64,000 bases of DNA, taken from positions 1 through 64,000 of IMG/VR virus record IMGVR_UViG_3300042897_000742, one strand, 5' to 3'. Under the pieces are notes generated by a model that worked only from the letters and a program-made list of their open reading frames with translations, was not told where the DNA came from and did not search any database. Positions within the stretch are counted from its first letter, which is position 1. Each line of letters starts with the position of its first letter. The position numbers were made by a program, and so were the translations under genes. This document shows, piece after piece, positions 55,713 to 64,000 of this stretch. This DNA comes from a virus.

Positions 55713-56306
55713 ATGAAATACTTTAAAAAATATAATGAATTTGTTACTGAAAAGATTGCATATCCTGACGGGGATAAATCTACAGGTGATAAGATTCTTG
55801 ATAAATTTGCTAAATTGATTAATAGTCCATCTAGTACTGTTAATATTATGTCATGGGCGGTTCAGGGTAGAAGTATACCTTTTATGACTGGTACCGAATC
55901 ATTTTCTGTAAATGCTAATCCATCGCAAGACTATTTTTGGATTAATACATCAAAGGGAAAATTTAGACTACCTAAAAAAGATATCAAAAAGGCAGAAGAA
56001 CTTTATGATGAGGTAGAATCTATTATACAGACAGGTAAGCCTAAAAGGAGTGTTGAAGAATCTCTTAATGAATCTACTTCACTAAAGAATGCAATCGCTA
56101 TTCTTAAAAAGGAAAACATTATGGCATATCCTAACCCAGAAGATTTGGCAAAAGCAATTCACAAACACTATAAAGAAATTACAGGTAATAAATATGAAGA
56201 TGCCGTTGAAATGTCAATGAATGATAAGGTAGCTGATATCGTATCATATTTTAAGATTGATGGCTCTGATTTTATGTCAGCCTGGGATAAAACAATAAAA
56301 GACTAA
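55713..56306 (+). CDS. Probable internal head protein
   Basis: MKYFKKYNEFVTE; internal ESLNES. Confidence 0.6.
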   Translation: MKYFKKYNEFVTEKIAYPDGDKSTGDKILDKFAKLINSPSSTVNIMSWAVQGRSIPFMTGTESFSVNANPSQDYFWINTSKGKFRLPKKDIKKAEELYDEVESIIQTGKPKRSVEESLNESTSLKNAIAILKKENIMAYPNPEDLAKAIHKHYKEITGNKYEDAVEMSMNDKVADIVSYFKIDGSDFMSAWDKTIKD

Positions 56307-56312
56307 AAAATT

Positions 56313-56729
56313 ATGATTACATCATTTAATAATTTCGTAAACGAAAACTTTGGAGAAGCCCAAGACATTTATGGTTCATTCTTCGTGGCTATGTTAGGCC
56401 TTAGAGATCAGGCTCATATTTTCCATTGGCAAACGGAATCATTTGCACAGCATAGCGCATTCGGTGGATTTTATGATTCATATCTCGACCTTGTTGATAA
56501 ACTATCAGAATCATTAATTGGCATTCATGGAAGACCTTCTTTTATGGAGGCTGAAATTGAGTTATATGGTTACAGTGAAGAAAATATAGCAATGTTTTTA
56601 GAAAAAGCATATGCCCTATTCTTAGGTCAAGGTACTGAATTGGCCGGAGGTAATACCGAAATCAAGAATATCATCGATGAGATTATTGCTGAACTTGATA
56701 AATTAAAGTATCTTCTTACTTTAAAGTAA
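56313..56729 (+). CDS. Ferritin/Dps-like four-helix protein with capsid-targeting N-terminus
   Basis: HIFHWQT.SFAQH.A...Y......D...E; NIIDEI......KYLLTL. Confidence 0.7.
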   Translation: MITSFNNFVNENFGEAQDIYGSFFVAMLGLRDQAHIFHWQTESFAQHSAFGGFYDSYLDLVDKLSESLIGIHGRPSFMEAEIELYGYSEENIAMFLEKAYALFLGQGTELAGGNTEIKNIIDEIIAELDKLKYLLTLK

Positions 56730-57031
56730 TGAAATACATTAAGGCATACGAATCATTCTTATTTGAAGGAAAACCTAAAGGTGCTCCTGATTGGCATGAT
56801 AGTGATGCACCAGATGCGGAGGGTCGTTTTAAAGAATTAAATCCTAAAGATCTTGCTGCGTGGTTAATTAAGACAAGAAAGGGCGATCTTAAGAGAATAA
56901 GTGGTTCGCTAACTCAACAGGTTGTTTTTAACCGTAATGATGATCCTGCATATGCAGATAAAATGGAAAAGACTCGTAAAGAAGTTTATAAACAATTAGG
57001 GAGAGAAGACCTATTAAATAAAAAGGATTAG
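56729..57031 (+). CDS. Probable internal head protein
   Basis: MKYIKAYESFLFE. Confidence 0.6.
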   Translation: MKYIKAYESFLFEGKPKGAPDWHDSDAPDAEGRFKELNPKDLAAWLIKTRKGDLKRISGSLTQQVVFNRNDDPAYADKMEKTRKEVYKQLGREDLLNKKD

Positions 57032-57583
57032 ATGAAAAACATTGTCTTAGATAATTTACAAACAAATTTTTGGTTTAACTATCCTAATTTTTATACCGAG
57101 GTTTCACAAAAAGATTATAAGATATTTGTGGAGGTTGGTGTTTGGAAAGGTCATTCAATTTCTTATCTTGCAAAAAAACTAAAAGAATCTAAAAAAGATT
57201 TTAAAGTTTATGCAGTTGATTTATTTGAAAATACATCAAAAGAAGATTGGGGTTATCTAAAAGAAGTTCCTTATATTTATGAAATCTATAATGAAGTTCT
57301 AAAGAGAGAAGGTGTTAGAGATGTCATAACAGATATTAAAGGATGTTCTTGGGATATGGCATCTAAATTTGAAGATCATAGCATAGACTTTGTTTTTATA
57401 GATGCAGGTCATGATTATGAATCTGTTAGTAAAGATATTAAAAATTGGTTACCAAAGATTAAACCGGGCGGTATGATATCTGGTCATGATTTTTATAATT
57501 CTTCAGGGGTAGCCCAAGCAGTTAAGGAATTAGTTCCAGATTTTAGAATTAGTTCAGAAAAAATTTGGTTTAAGCAAATCTAA
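57032..57583 (+). CDS. Class I SAM-dependent methyltransferase
   Basis: VEVGVWKGHS, DFVFIDAGHDY, KPGG.I.GHD. Confidence 0.85.
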   Translation: MKNIVLDNLQTNFWFNYPNFYTEVSQKDYKIFVEVGVWKGHSISYLAKKLKESKKDFKVYAVDLFENTSKEDWGYLKEVPYIYEIYNEVLKREGVRDVITDIKGCSWDMASKFEDHSIDFVFIDAGHDYESVSKDIKNWLPKIKPGGMISGHDFYNSSGVAQAVKELVPDFRISSEKIWFKQI

Positions 57584-57594
57584 AAAAGTATTAA

Positions 57595-57936
57595 ATGTGT
57601 TGTAAAAATTGTAAATGTAAAGATCTAACTGCATCTAAAATTATTGAGCAGATGGATGATACAAGAAAACCTTTTGTTGATACGAAGGTTGATAAGAACA
57701 CAAGAATACGAAATTTTCACCCACAATACGAAGACCACTTATTTAAGTGGCATTGGGATGATGAAGATCGTTGGATTGAAGCCATCAGTGAAAACGATTG
57801 GCAATTTCAATTTGATGATGAACTACCACAATCCTTAGAACCTAATAAGATAATTATGATTCCAAAGGGAATTTATCATAGACTAATTAAAGGTTCAAAT
57901 ATCCTGACTATCAAAATATCAGCTGTTCCTAATTAA
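57595..57936 (+). CDS. Cupin-like hypothetical protein
   Basis: WH.D.EDR, WQFQFD.ELP, IPKG.YHRLIKG. Confidence 0.65.
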   Translation: MCCKNCKCKDLTASKIIEQMDDTRKPFVDTKVDKNTRIRNFHPQYEDHLFKWHWDDEDRWIEAISENDWQFQFDDELPQSLEPNKIIMIPKGIYHRLIKGSNILTIKISAVPN

Positions 57937-57990
57937 AAGCCGGTCTTAAACCATTTTCAATCAATGAGTATAATTAATATACATTGAAAC

Positions 57991-60015
57991 ATGGGCGAAA
58001 TATATCCGGAAGATAATATAGAAAGAGAACCAATCAGACAGCAAAAGATGAAAAAACCATCTTTGCAGGTTCTAGAAGCATACGGGACAAATATCACTAA
58101 ACTTGCCTTAGAAGGTAGGTTAGATCCTGTTGTTGGTAGAGAAGAAGAAATACTTAGAGTTATTCAAATATTAGGAAGGCGTAGAAAGAATAATCCTGTA
58201 CTTGTTGGAGAACCTGGTGTTGGTAAAACTGCAATCGTTGAAGGTTTGGCAATGAGAATGATTGAAGGTAATGTACCTGCTTCATTACAAGGCAAAGTCA
58301 TATATACATTAGAATTAACCACAATAGTTGCAGGTACAAAATACCGTGGGCAATTTGAAGAAAGAATGAAAGCCATCGTTGATGAATTGGTGGCTAATCC
58401 ACATGTGATTATTTTTATTGATGAACTTCATACTCTTGTTGGTGCTGGTGGAACTTCAGGTTCTTTGGATGCATCTAACATTATTAAGCCTGCATTGGCT
58501 CGTGGAGAAATCCGATGTATCGGTGCAACTACATTTGATGAGTTCAGAGAAAATATTGAACAGGATGGCGCATTAGATCGCAGATTCCAAAAGGTAGTTA
58601 TTGAACCTGCCTCTACTGATGAAACAATTACAATCCTAACTAATATTAAACATAAGTATGAATCATTCCATAATGTTTCATACACAGATGAAATTGTATC
58701 TCTAATTGTTAAATTGGCAGATCAGTATATCATGGAGAGATTCCTCCCAGATAAGGCTGTGGATATTTTGGATGAGGTTGGTTCTTTTAAACATTTAAGT
58801 AATATGAAAGTTCCTAAAAAGATTAAAAGCTTAGAGGAAAAACTTCATAAAAAGGATGCAGATAAAAATGAAGCAGTAGGAAGACAGGATTATGAAGCTG
58901 CTGCTCGTGAACGAGATATCTGTATTCAACTTAAGGATCAAATTCAAAAAGAATATGCAATATGGAAAAAAGAAATTGCAGAAAACAGACTTGAGATAAC
59001 AACTGATGATGTTCTTAAAGTGGTATCAAAAGGAACTGGTATTCCTTTAGAAAAAATTAATGATAAAGAAAATAAAAATCTGATAGGTCTTAATTCCCAC
59101 CTTGCTTCCAGGGTTATTGGACAAAGAGAAGCTATTGATAAAATCTCTATCACAATCCAAAGAAATCGTGTAGGGATTAGAAAGAGAGATCGCACAGTAG
59201 GTAACTTTATTTTCTTAGGACCAACTGGAGTTGGTAAAACTCAATTGGCTAAAGAAATTGCTAACTATATGTATAGTTCAGAAGACAGTCTTATCAGAAT
59301 AGACATGTCAGAGTATATGGAGCCTCATTCTGTATCTAAATTAATTGGATCTCCTCCTGGATATGTTGGTCACGAATCTGGTGGGTTTCTAACGGAGCAG
59401 GTAAAGAGAAAGCCACACTCTGTTATATTATTTGATGAAGTTGAAAAAGCTCATCCAGAGGTGTTTAATGTGCTCTTACAAATGTTAGATGATGGCCGTT
59501 TAACCGATTCTCTTGGTAGAACTATAGATTTTAGAAATTGTTTGGTAATCTTAACATCAAATACAGGAAGCCGTAAACTTGAGGAATTTGGTGATGGGAT
59601 TGGATTCCGACCATCCACTACAATTGCTGAAAAGTCTCATGCCGAAAAGGAGGTTTTAAAGAAGGCTCTTAATCATAAATTTTCACCGGAATTCTTAAAC
59701 AGAATTGATGAAATCATTATCTTTAATAAGTTAAGTAAGGATGACGTATTTTATATTTTGAATAATGAATGTAATGAACTCAGGGATAACCTATTTGAAG
59801 TTGGTGAATATGATTTTAAGATAACCAAAGCTGCAAAGGAGATAATCATTAATGAAGGTTATGATCCTAAGTTTGGGGCTCGTCCATTAAAGAGAACATT
59901 AGAAAGACTAATTGAAAATCCTATCGCCGAAATGATTCTTAAAGGCGAATTAAAACCAGGCGATACAATTAAAGTTGGTGTAGCCAAAGAATTAATAAAG
60001 ATTGAAAAAGGTTAA
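57991..60015 (+). CDS. clpC: ClpC-like Hsp100 unfoldase lacking the N-domain
   Basis: LDPVVGRE, GEPGVGKT, FIDELH, UVR-like QDYEAAARERD, GPTGVGKT, IGF loop, FGARPL. Confidence 0.88.
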   Translation: MGEIYPEDNIEREPIRQQKMKKPSLQVLEAYGTNITKLALEGRLDPVVGREEEILRVIQILGRRRKNNPVLVGEPGVGKTAIVEGLAMRMIEGNVPASLQGKVIYTLELTTIVAGTKYRGQFEERMKAIVDELVANPHVIIFIDELHTLVGAGGTSGSLDASNIIKPALARGEIRCIGATTFDEFRENIEQDGALDRRFQKVVIEPASTDETITILTNIKHKYESFHNVSYTDEIVSLIVKLADQYIMERFLPDKAVDILDEVGSFKHLSNMKVPKKIKSLEEKLHKKDADKNEAVGRQDYEAAARERDICIQLKDQIQKEYAIWKKEIAENRLEITTDDVLKVVSKGTGIPLEKINDKENKNLIGLNSHLASRVIGQREAIDKISITIQRNRVGIRKRDRTVGNFIFLGPTGVGKTQLAKEIANYMYSSEDSLIRIDMSEYMEPHSVSKLIGSPPGYVGHESGGFLTEQVKRKPHSVILFDEVEKAHPEVFNVLLQMLDDGRLTDSLGRTIDFRNCLVILTSNTGSRKLEEFGDGIGFRPSTTIAEKSHAEKEVLKKALNHKFSPEFLNRIDEIIIFNKLSKDDVFYILNNECNELRDNLFEVGEYDFKITKAAKEIIINEGYDPKFGARPLKRTLERLIENPIAEMILKGELKPGDTIKVGVAKELIKIEKG

Positions 60016-60068
60016 ACCTTTTAAGTATCTTGCATATAAAAATAAATGAATATTTTATCCATTAATAA

Positions 60069-61121
60069 ATGAATCCAACATATCTTACATACGACGATAT
60101 TCAACTCGTCCCCAAGTTTTCAAATATTAAATCAAGAAATCAAATATCTTTACGAACCAAATTGAGTAAAAGATATGATCTTCTTATTCCTATCGTGGCA
60201 TCACCTATGGATACCGTCTGTGAAGTTGAAATGGCAGTAAAAATGTTTCGTATGGGTGGTGTTGGATGTATTCATAGATTTAATTCTATAGATGAACAGG
60301 TTATGATGGTTAGAAAAACTGTTTATCAATGCTTTGGTGAAAACGGGGAAGGGCACCTAATGACAGACTGGACTAATGAAGATAACATTCCTATTATGGC
60401 TGCAATTGGTGTTAGTGAAAATGATAAGGAAAGAGCCTTAAAACTTACTGATGCTGGTGCCAATGTTCTCTTAATAGATGTTGCACATGGTGATCACCAA
60501 AATGTAATTGACATGGTTAAGTGGTGTAAAGATAACCTACATTATAGTGTTGATATCATTGCAGGAAACATTGCGACGGTCGATGCTGCTGAAAGATTAC
60601 AAGATGCAGGCGCAGATGGTTTAAGAGTTGGAATTGGTGGCGGATCGCTTTGTACAACAAGAATTAAGACAGGTTTTGGTATTCCTAATGTAACGTGTAT
60701 TGAAGATATTGCAGCAGTTTCATCAGTACCGATCATGGCTGATGGAGGTATTCGTGAGAGCGGTGATATTGCAAAAGCATTGGCCGTAGGTGCAGATAAT
60801 GTTATGCTAGGATCTCTTATTGCTGGTACTGATGAATCACCTGGTAATATTATTGAAAGCAGAAAAGGATTGTATAAAAGATATAGAGGATCTGCATCGT
60901 TAGAAACAAAATCGGCGCATGGTCAAGAGCAAAGAAATGTTGAAGGCGAATCAACGATTATCCCGTATAAGGGTGGAGTTAGATTTATTGTTAAGGGATT
61001 ACTTGAAGGTATTCGTTCTGCTTTTTCGTATGCAGGTGCTGACTCAATTAAAACATATCACCCGGATTATGTTATTGTAACTAACTCTGGTATTAATGAA
61101 GCAAAACCACATCTATTATGA
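60069..61121 (+). CDS. GMP reductase / IMP dehydrogenase family enzyme (no CBS domains)
   Basis: SPMDTV, IDVAHG, GIGGGSLCTTR, ADGGIR, GSAS...NVEG (GuaC-like). Confidence 0.85.
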   Translation: MNPTYLTYDDIQLVPKFSNIKSRNQISLRTKLSKRYDLLIPIVASPMDTVCEVEMAVKMFRMGGVGCIHRFNSIDEQVMMVRKTVYQCFGENGEGHLMTDWTNEDNIPIMAAIGVSENDKERALKLTDAGANVLLIDVAHGDHQNVIDMVKWCKDNLHYSVDIIAGNIATVDAAERLQDAGADGLRVGIGGGSLCTTRIKTGFGIPNVTCIEDIAAVSSVPIMADGGIRESGDIAKALAVGADNVMLGSLIAGTDESPGNIIESRKGLYKRYRGSASLETKSAHGQEQRNVEGESTIIPYKGGVRFIVKGLLEGIRSAFSYAGADSIKTYHPDYVIVTNSGINEAKPHLL

Positions 61122-61399
61122 ATTTAATTCAACGCATTACTTCAACCAAAGAAAATACTCTAAGTGTTAATCTTGATGATCAATTTATTACTGTTCATCA
61201 TTTAGGCTTATATGAAGATAAAAGGTGGTATTCGTGGTCAACGTGGAGTCCAACCGAAGGTCCTATTCCAGATTATGATAGCCAACTTGTAACAGAAGAA
61301 GAAATCATACAAAGAATTGAACTACTTTCTGGCGATGACGAATTGGATTCTGTACAAAAACATGCAATTAATGTATTTTTTGGAAAATCGGTACTATGA
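61118..61399 (+). CDS. Hypothetical protein
   Basis: ATGA-coupled ORF. Confidence 0.55.
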   Translation: MNLIQRITSTKENTLSVNLDDQFITVHHLGLYEDKRWYSWSTWSPTEGPIPDYDSQLVTEEEIIQRIELLSGDDELDSVQKHAINVFFGKSVL

Positions 61400-61635
61400 G
61401 TCATTTTAGAAATAAATTAGATTCCTTTCATTATCATGAAGCTTTGGACAGAACTGCTATGATATGTGATATGATAGATACATTTTTAATACAACACCCA
61501 GCGAGTAAAGCAGAAAAACAATTTGCTGAAAAATTAGAAGATGCAAGTATCAAATTATTTGAAGCTTATCAAATAATAGGAAGTATTTGTCATAATAAAG
61601 AAAATGAATATGATAACAAACCCAAGACCAAATAA
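61396..61635 (+). CDS. Hypothetical protein
   Basis: FHYHEALDR...AYQ. Confidence 0.55.
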   Translation: MSHFRNKLDSFHYHEALDRTAMICDMIDTFLIQHPASKAEKQFAEKLEDASIKLFEAYQIIGSICHNKENEYDNKPKTK

Positions 61636-63478
61636 AATTGTAAAAATGACAGAAGAAGAATTTTTAGCTGCTGCAGGTTTAACTGAAAGAAACCCAACAA
61701 AACCTGGAATAGCACTAGGATTTTCGGTTGGGCATGATAAAGGAGCAGTACTTATTATAAACGGTAAAATCTCGGTTGGTATTTCTGAGGAAAGATTATC
61801 AAGACTTAAACATGATAAACCTTGGGATCATTCAATACCTTTAGCATCAATTAATTATTGCTTAGATTATGCAGGAATTAGTTATGATGATGTTGATATG
61901 TATTGTTATAATACGGCCGAGGTCGGAAAGCAACCTATTCTTGATATTGAAAATGAATTTCAGTTTTTACTAAGACAACCTTTAAGTAAATTAAAATTCT
62001 TAAATCACCACGAGGCACATGCATTTTCAACTTTCTTTAGTTCTGGTTTAAAAGAAGCCTCCGTTGTGGTTGCTGATGCAAATGGAAACGGAATTATTCC
62101 TGATACTCCTGCTTATGAAGGGTTTGCAAAGAACAATCCAGAGTATCTAAATAATGCCCCTAAGAATAGATTTTGGGCAGAAGGTACATCAATTTATCAT
62201 TTTACTTTAGATGGGTTTAAAGAATTAGAAAAAGACTTCGTTCTTCAACCGCACCCACCTCTTAATGATTTTAATAACAAAGAAAGATTTAATATTGGGC
62301 ATGTTTATGCATATGCCACAATGAAACTTGTTTATAAGTATAATGAAAAAGATCCTAATAATAATTGGCCTGCATCAAGTGCAGGTAAGCTTATGGGATT
62401 GGCTTCATTTGGGAATAAAGGCTGGGTAGATACACAACCTTATCTTTGTGATTATGATGATGTTAATCATACTTTTACAAATGAAGCTGGCAAAATCTAT
62501 AAGGCATATCCAGGCGTAAGTATAGATTCAAACTTTGCAGAAAAAGCAAACATAGCAGCGGTATTTCAACGTGAACAAGAAAGAATGTGTCTTACTGTAG
62601 CCAAAAGAGCTAAAAAGTTATCAGGATCTAAAAACATCTGTTTATCTGGTGGTTCATTCCTAAACTGTAATTCAAATGAACTTATCATTAAGAGCGGTGA
62701 ATTTGATAATTGTTATTTTGTACCGCCGGCAGACGACAGCGGTATTCCTTTAGGGTGTGCATGGTATGCATATCAACAAGTTATGAAAATAACAGATAAC
62801 TATTTTCTTTCACCTTACTTAGGAAAGACATATACCACTCTTGAAATAGAGAGAGACTTCCAAAAATTTGTTAAAGAAGATCCTACTAGGATTAATCATT
62901 TTACTGTTTTTGATCATACCGATGAAGATGTATTAATTACTCATCTTACAGACCTATTAAATTCAAATAAAGTTATAGGTATGCATAGAGAAGGATCCGA
63001 GATTGGTCCTCGTGCATTAGGTAATCGTTCTATTTTAGCATCTCCGATTAAACCTTGGATGCAGAACTATGTAAATATGCATATTAAAAGTAGAGAATGG
63101 TTTAGACCTTTTGCACCTTCTGTATTAGCAGAACGAGTTTTAGATATTTTTGATATTACTGAATTCTCTCCTTACATGCTTATTACATGTAATGTTAAAG
63201 AAAGGTGGAGATCTCGCATACCTGCGGTTGTTCATACCGATAATACTTCAAGAATACAAGCAGTAAGAAGTGATATTAATCCATTCTATCATAAGCTCAT
63301 AACTAAATTTGAACAGTGGACTGGTGTTCCTGTAATTCTAAATACATCGTTTAATGGAGCGCATGAACCTATGGTTGAAACACCATACGATGCATTAAAA
63401 ACTTTTTGGACTTGCAATCTTGACGCTGTATGTATTGGTAATAAACTAATAATTAGGAATTCATACTTTAATAGGTAA
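61604..63478 (+). CDS. O-carbamoyltransferase (NodU/CmcH family)
   Basis: HD...EERLSRLKH, HHEAHA, GKLMGLA, GPRALGNRSILA, REWFRPFAP, LNTSFN. Confidence 0.9.
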   Translation: MNMITNPRPNKIVKMTEEEFLAAAGLTERNPTKPGIALGFSVGHDKGAVLIINGKISVGISEERLSRLKHDKPWDHSIPLASINYCLDYAGISYDDVDMYCYNTAEVGKQPILDIENEFQFLLRQPLSKLKFLNHHEAHAFSTFFSSGLKEASVVVADANGNGIIPDTPAYEGFAKNNPEYLNNAPKNRFWAEGTSIYHFTLDGFKELEKDFVLQPHPPLNDFNNKERFNIGHVYAYATMKLVYKYNEKDPNNNWPASSAGKLMGLASFGNKGWVDTQPYLCDYDDVNHTFTNEAGKIYKAYPGVSIDSNFAEKANIAAVFQREQERMCLTVAKRAKKLSGSKNICLSGGSFLNCNSNELIIKSGEFDNCYFVPPADDSGIPLGCAWYAYQQVMKITDNYFLSPYLGKTYTTLEIERDFQKFVKEDPTRINHFTVFDHTDEDVLITHLTDLLNSNKVIGMHREGSEIGPRALGNRSILASPIKPWMQNYVNMHIKSREWFRPFAPSVLAERVLDIFDITEFSPYMLITCNVKERWRSRIPAVVHTDNTSRIQAVRSDINPFYHKLITKFEQWTGVPVILNTSFNGAHEPMVETPYDALKTFWTCNLDAVCIGNKLIIRNSYFNR

Positions 63479-63669
63479 TGAAGAGGTTTATTGAATTCAC
63501 TCTTATTTGGATAAGTCAAAATATGGCCATACCTTTTTGGATGGTCGGTCATATTCATTTAATGACTTCCGTTTATGAAGATATTCATGAAATCATAATG
63601 AGCGTAGGTATGAATATAGTTGTAGCAATAGGATTTTACTTAGATTGGAAAAAGAATAAAAATGAATAA
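63478..63669 (+). CDS. Small membrane protein
   Basis: Hydrophobic 63 aa, coupled to both neighbours. Confidence 0.55.
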   Translation: MKRFIEFTLIWISQNMAIPFWMVGHIHLMTSVYEDIHEIIMSVGMNIVVAIGFYLDWKKNKNE

Positions 63670-64000
63670 TTTAGATAAGCAATATCAAGATCTTCTTAAA
63701 ACGATAATAGAACATGGAGTTGTAAAAGAAGACCGAACTAGTGTAGGCACCAAGTCAATTTTTGGTTATACTATTCGTCATAACATGGCGGATGGGTTTC
63801 CTCTTTTAACCACAAAGAAAATGTATTGGAAGGGAATTGTAACAGAGCTTATTTGGTTCCTTCGTGGTGATACTAATATTAAGTTCTTGGTGGATAATGA
63901 CTGTAATATTTGGAACGGCGATGCATATAAAGGATATGAAAAGGAATGTATTGTACATGGTGTAGATCCAATGTCGATGGAACATTTTATCCAAGGAATT
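63662..64000 (+). CDS. thyA: Thymidylate synthase, N-terminal part (3' truncated)
   Basis: [12 protein letters not shown]...[13 protein letters not shown]...GFPLLTTKK...[12 protein letters not shown]...IW. Confidence 0.9.
   Translation, partial: MNNLDKQYQDLLKTIIEHGVVKEDRTSVGTKSIFGYTIRHNMADGFPLLTTKKMYWKGIVTELIWFLRGDTNIKFLVDNDCNIWNGDAYKGYEKECIVHGVDPMSMEHFIQGI

Overview
A 64 kb segment of a large, AT-rich T4-like (myovirus) jumbo phage genome in the standard genetic code. Every supported gene but one is on the + strand. The host is most likely Bacteroidota: TAnnTTTG promoters, A-rich leaders without Shine-Dalgarno sequences, and a tmRNA tag starting GE. The window holds the 3' end of the major capsid gene, terminase, tail sheath, tube and tape measure genes, clamp loader, 5'-3' and 3'-5' exonucleases, type II topoisomerase, nucleotide metabolism genes (including a probable dCMP hydroxymethylase plus a separate ThyA), an ECF-like sigma factor, a collagen-like fibre, PhoH, an endolysin, Hsp20/GroES/ClpC, a glycosylation cluster with KdsB, and about 12 proteins with a T4-like capsid-targeting N-terminus. 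An RNA island (24.8-28.4 kb) encodes tmRNA and 22 tRNAs covering all 20 amino acids, interleaved with unannotated structured RNAs. The top candidate for a new system is an unannotated 31-codon leader ORF (25435-25530) that contains all 20 amino acids. Its 3' end can pair with the 5' arm of the terminator in front of the tRNA array, which suggests a pan-amino-acid translational attenuator that switches on phage tRNAs when any host tRNA is depleted. Small RNAs presenting anticodon-like loops in the same island may act as decoys. All family assignments come from motif recognition by eye; no database searches were run.
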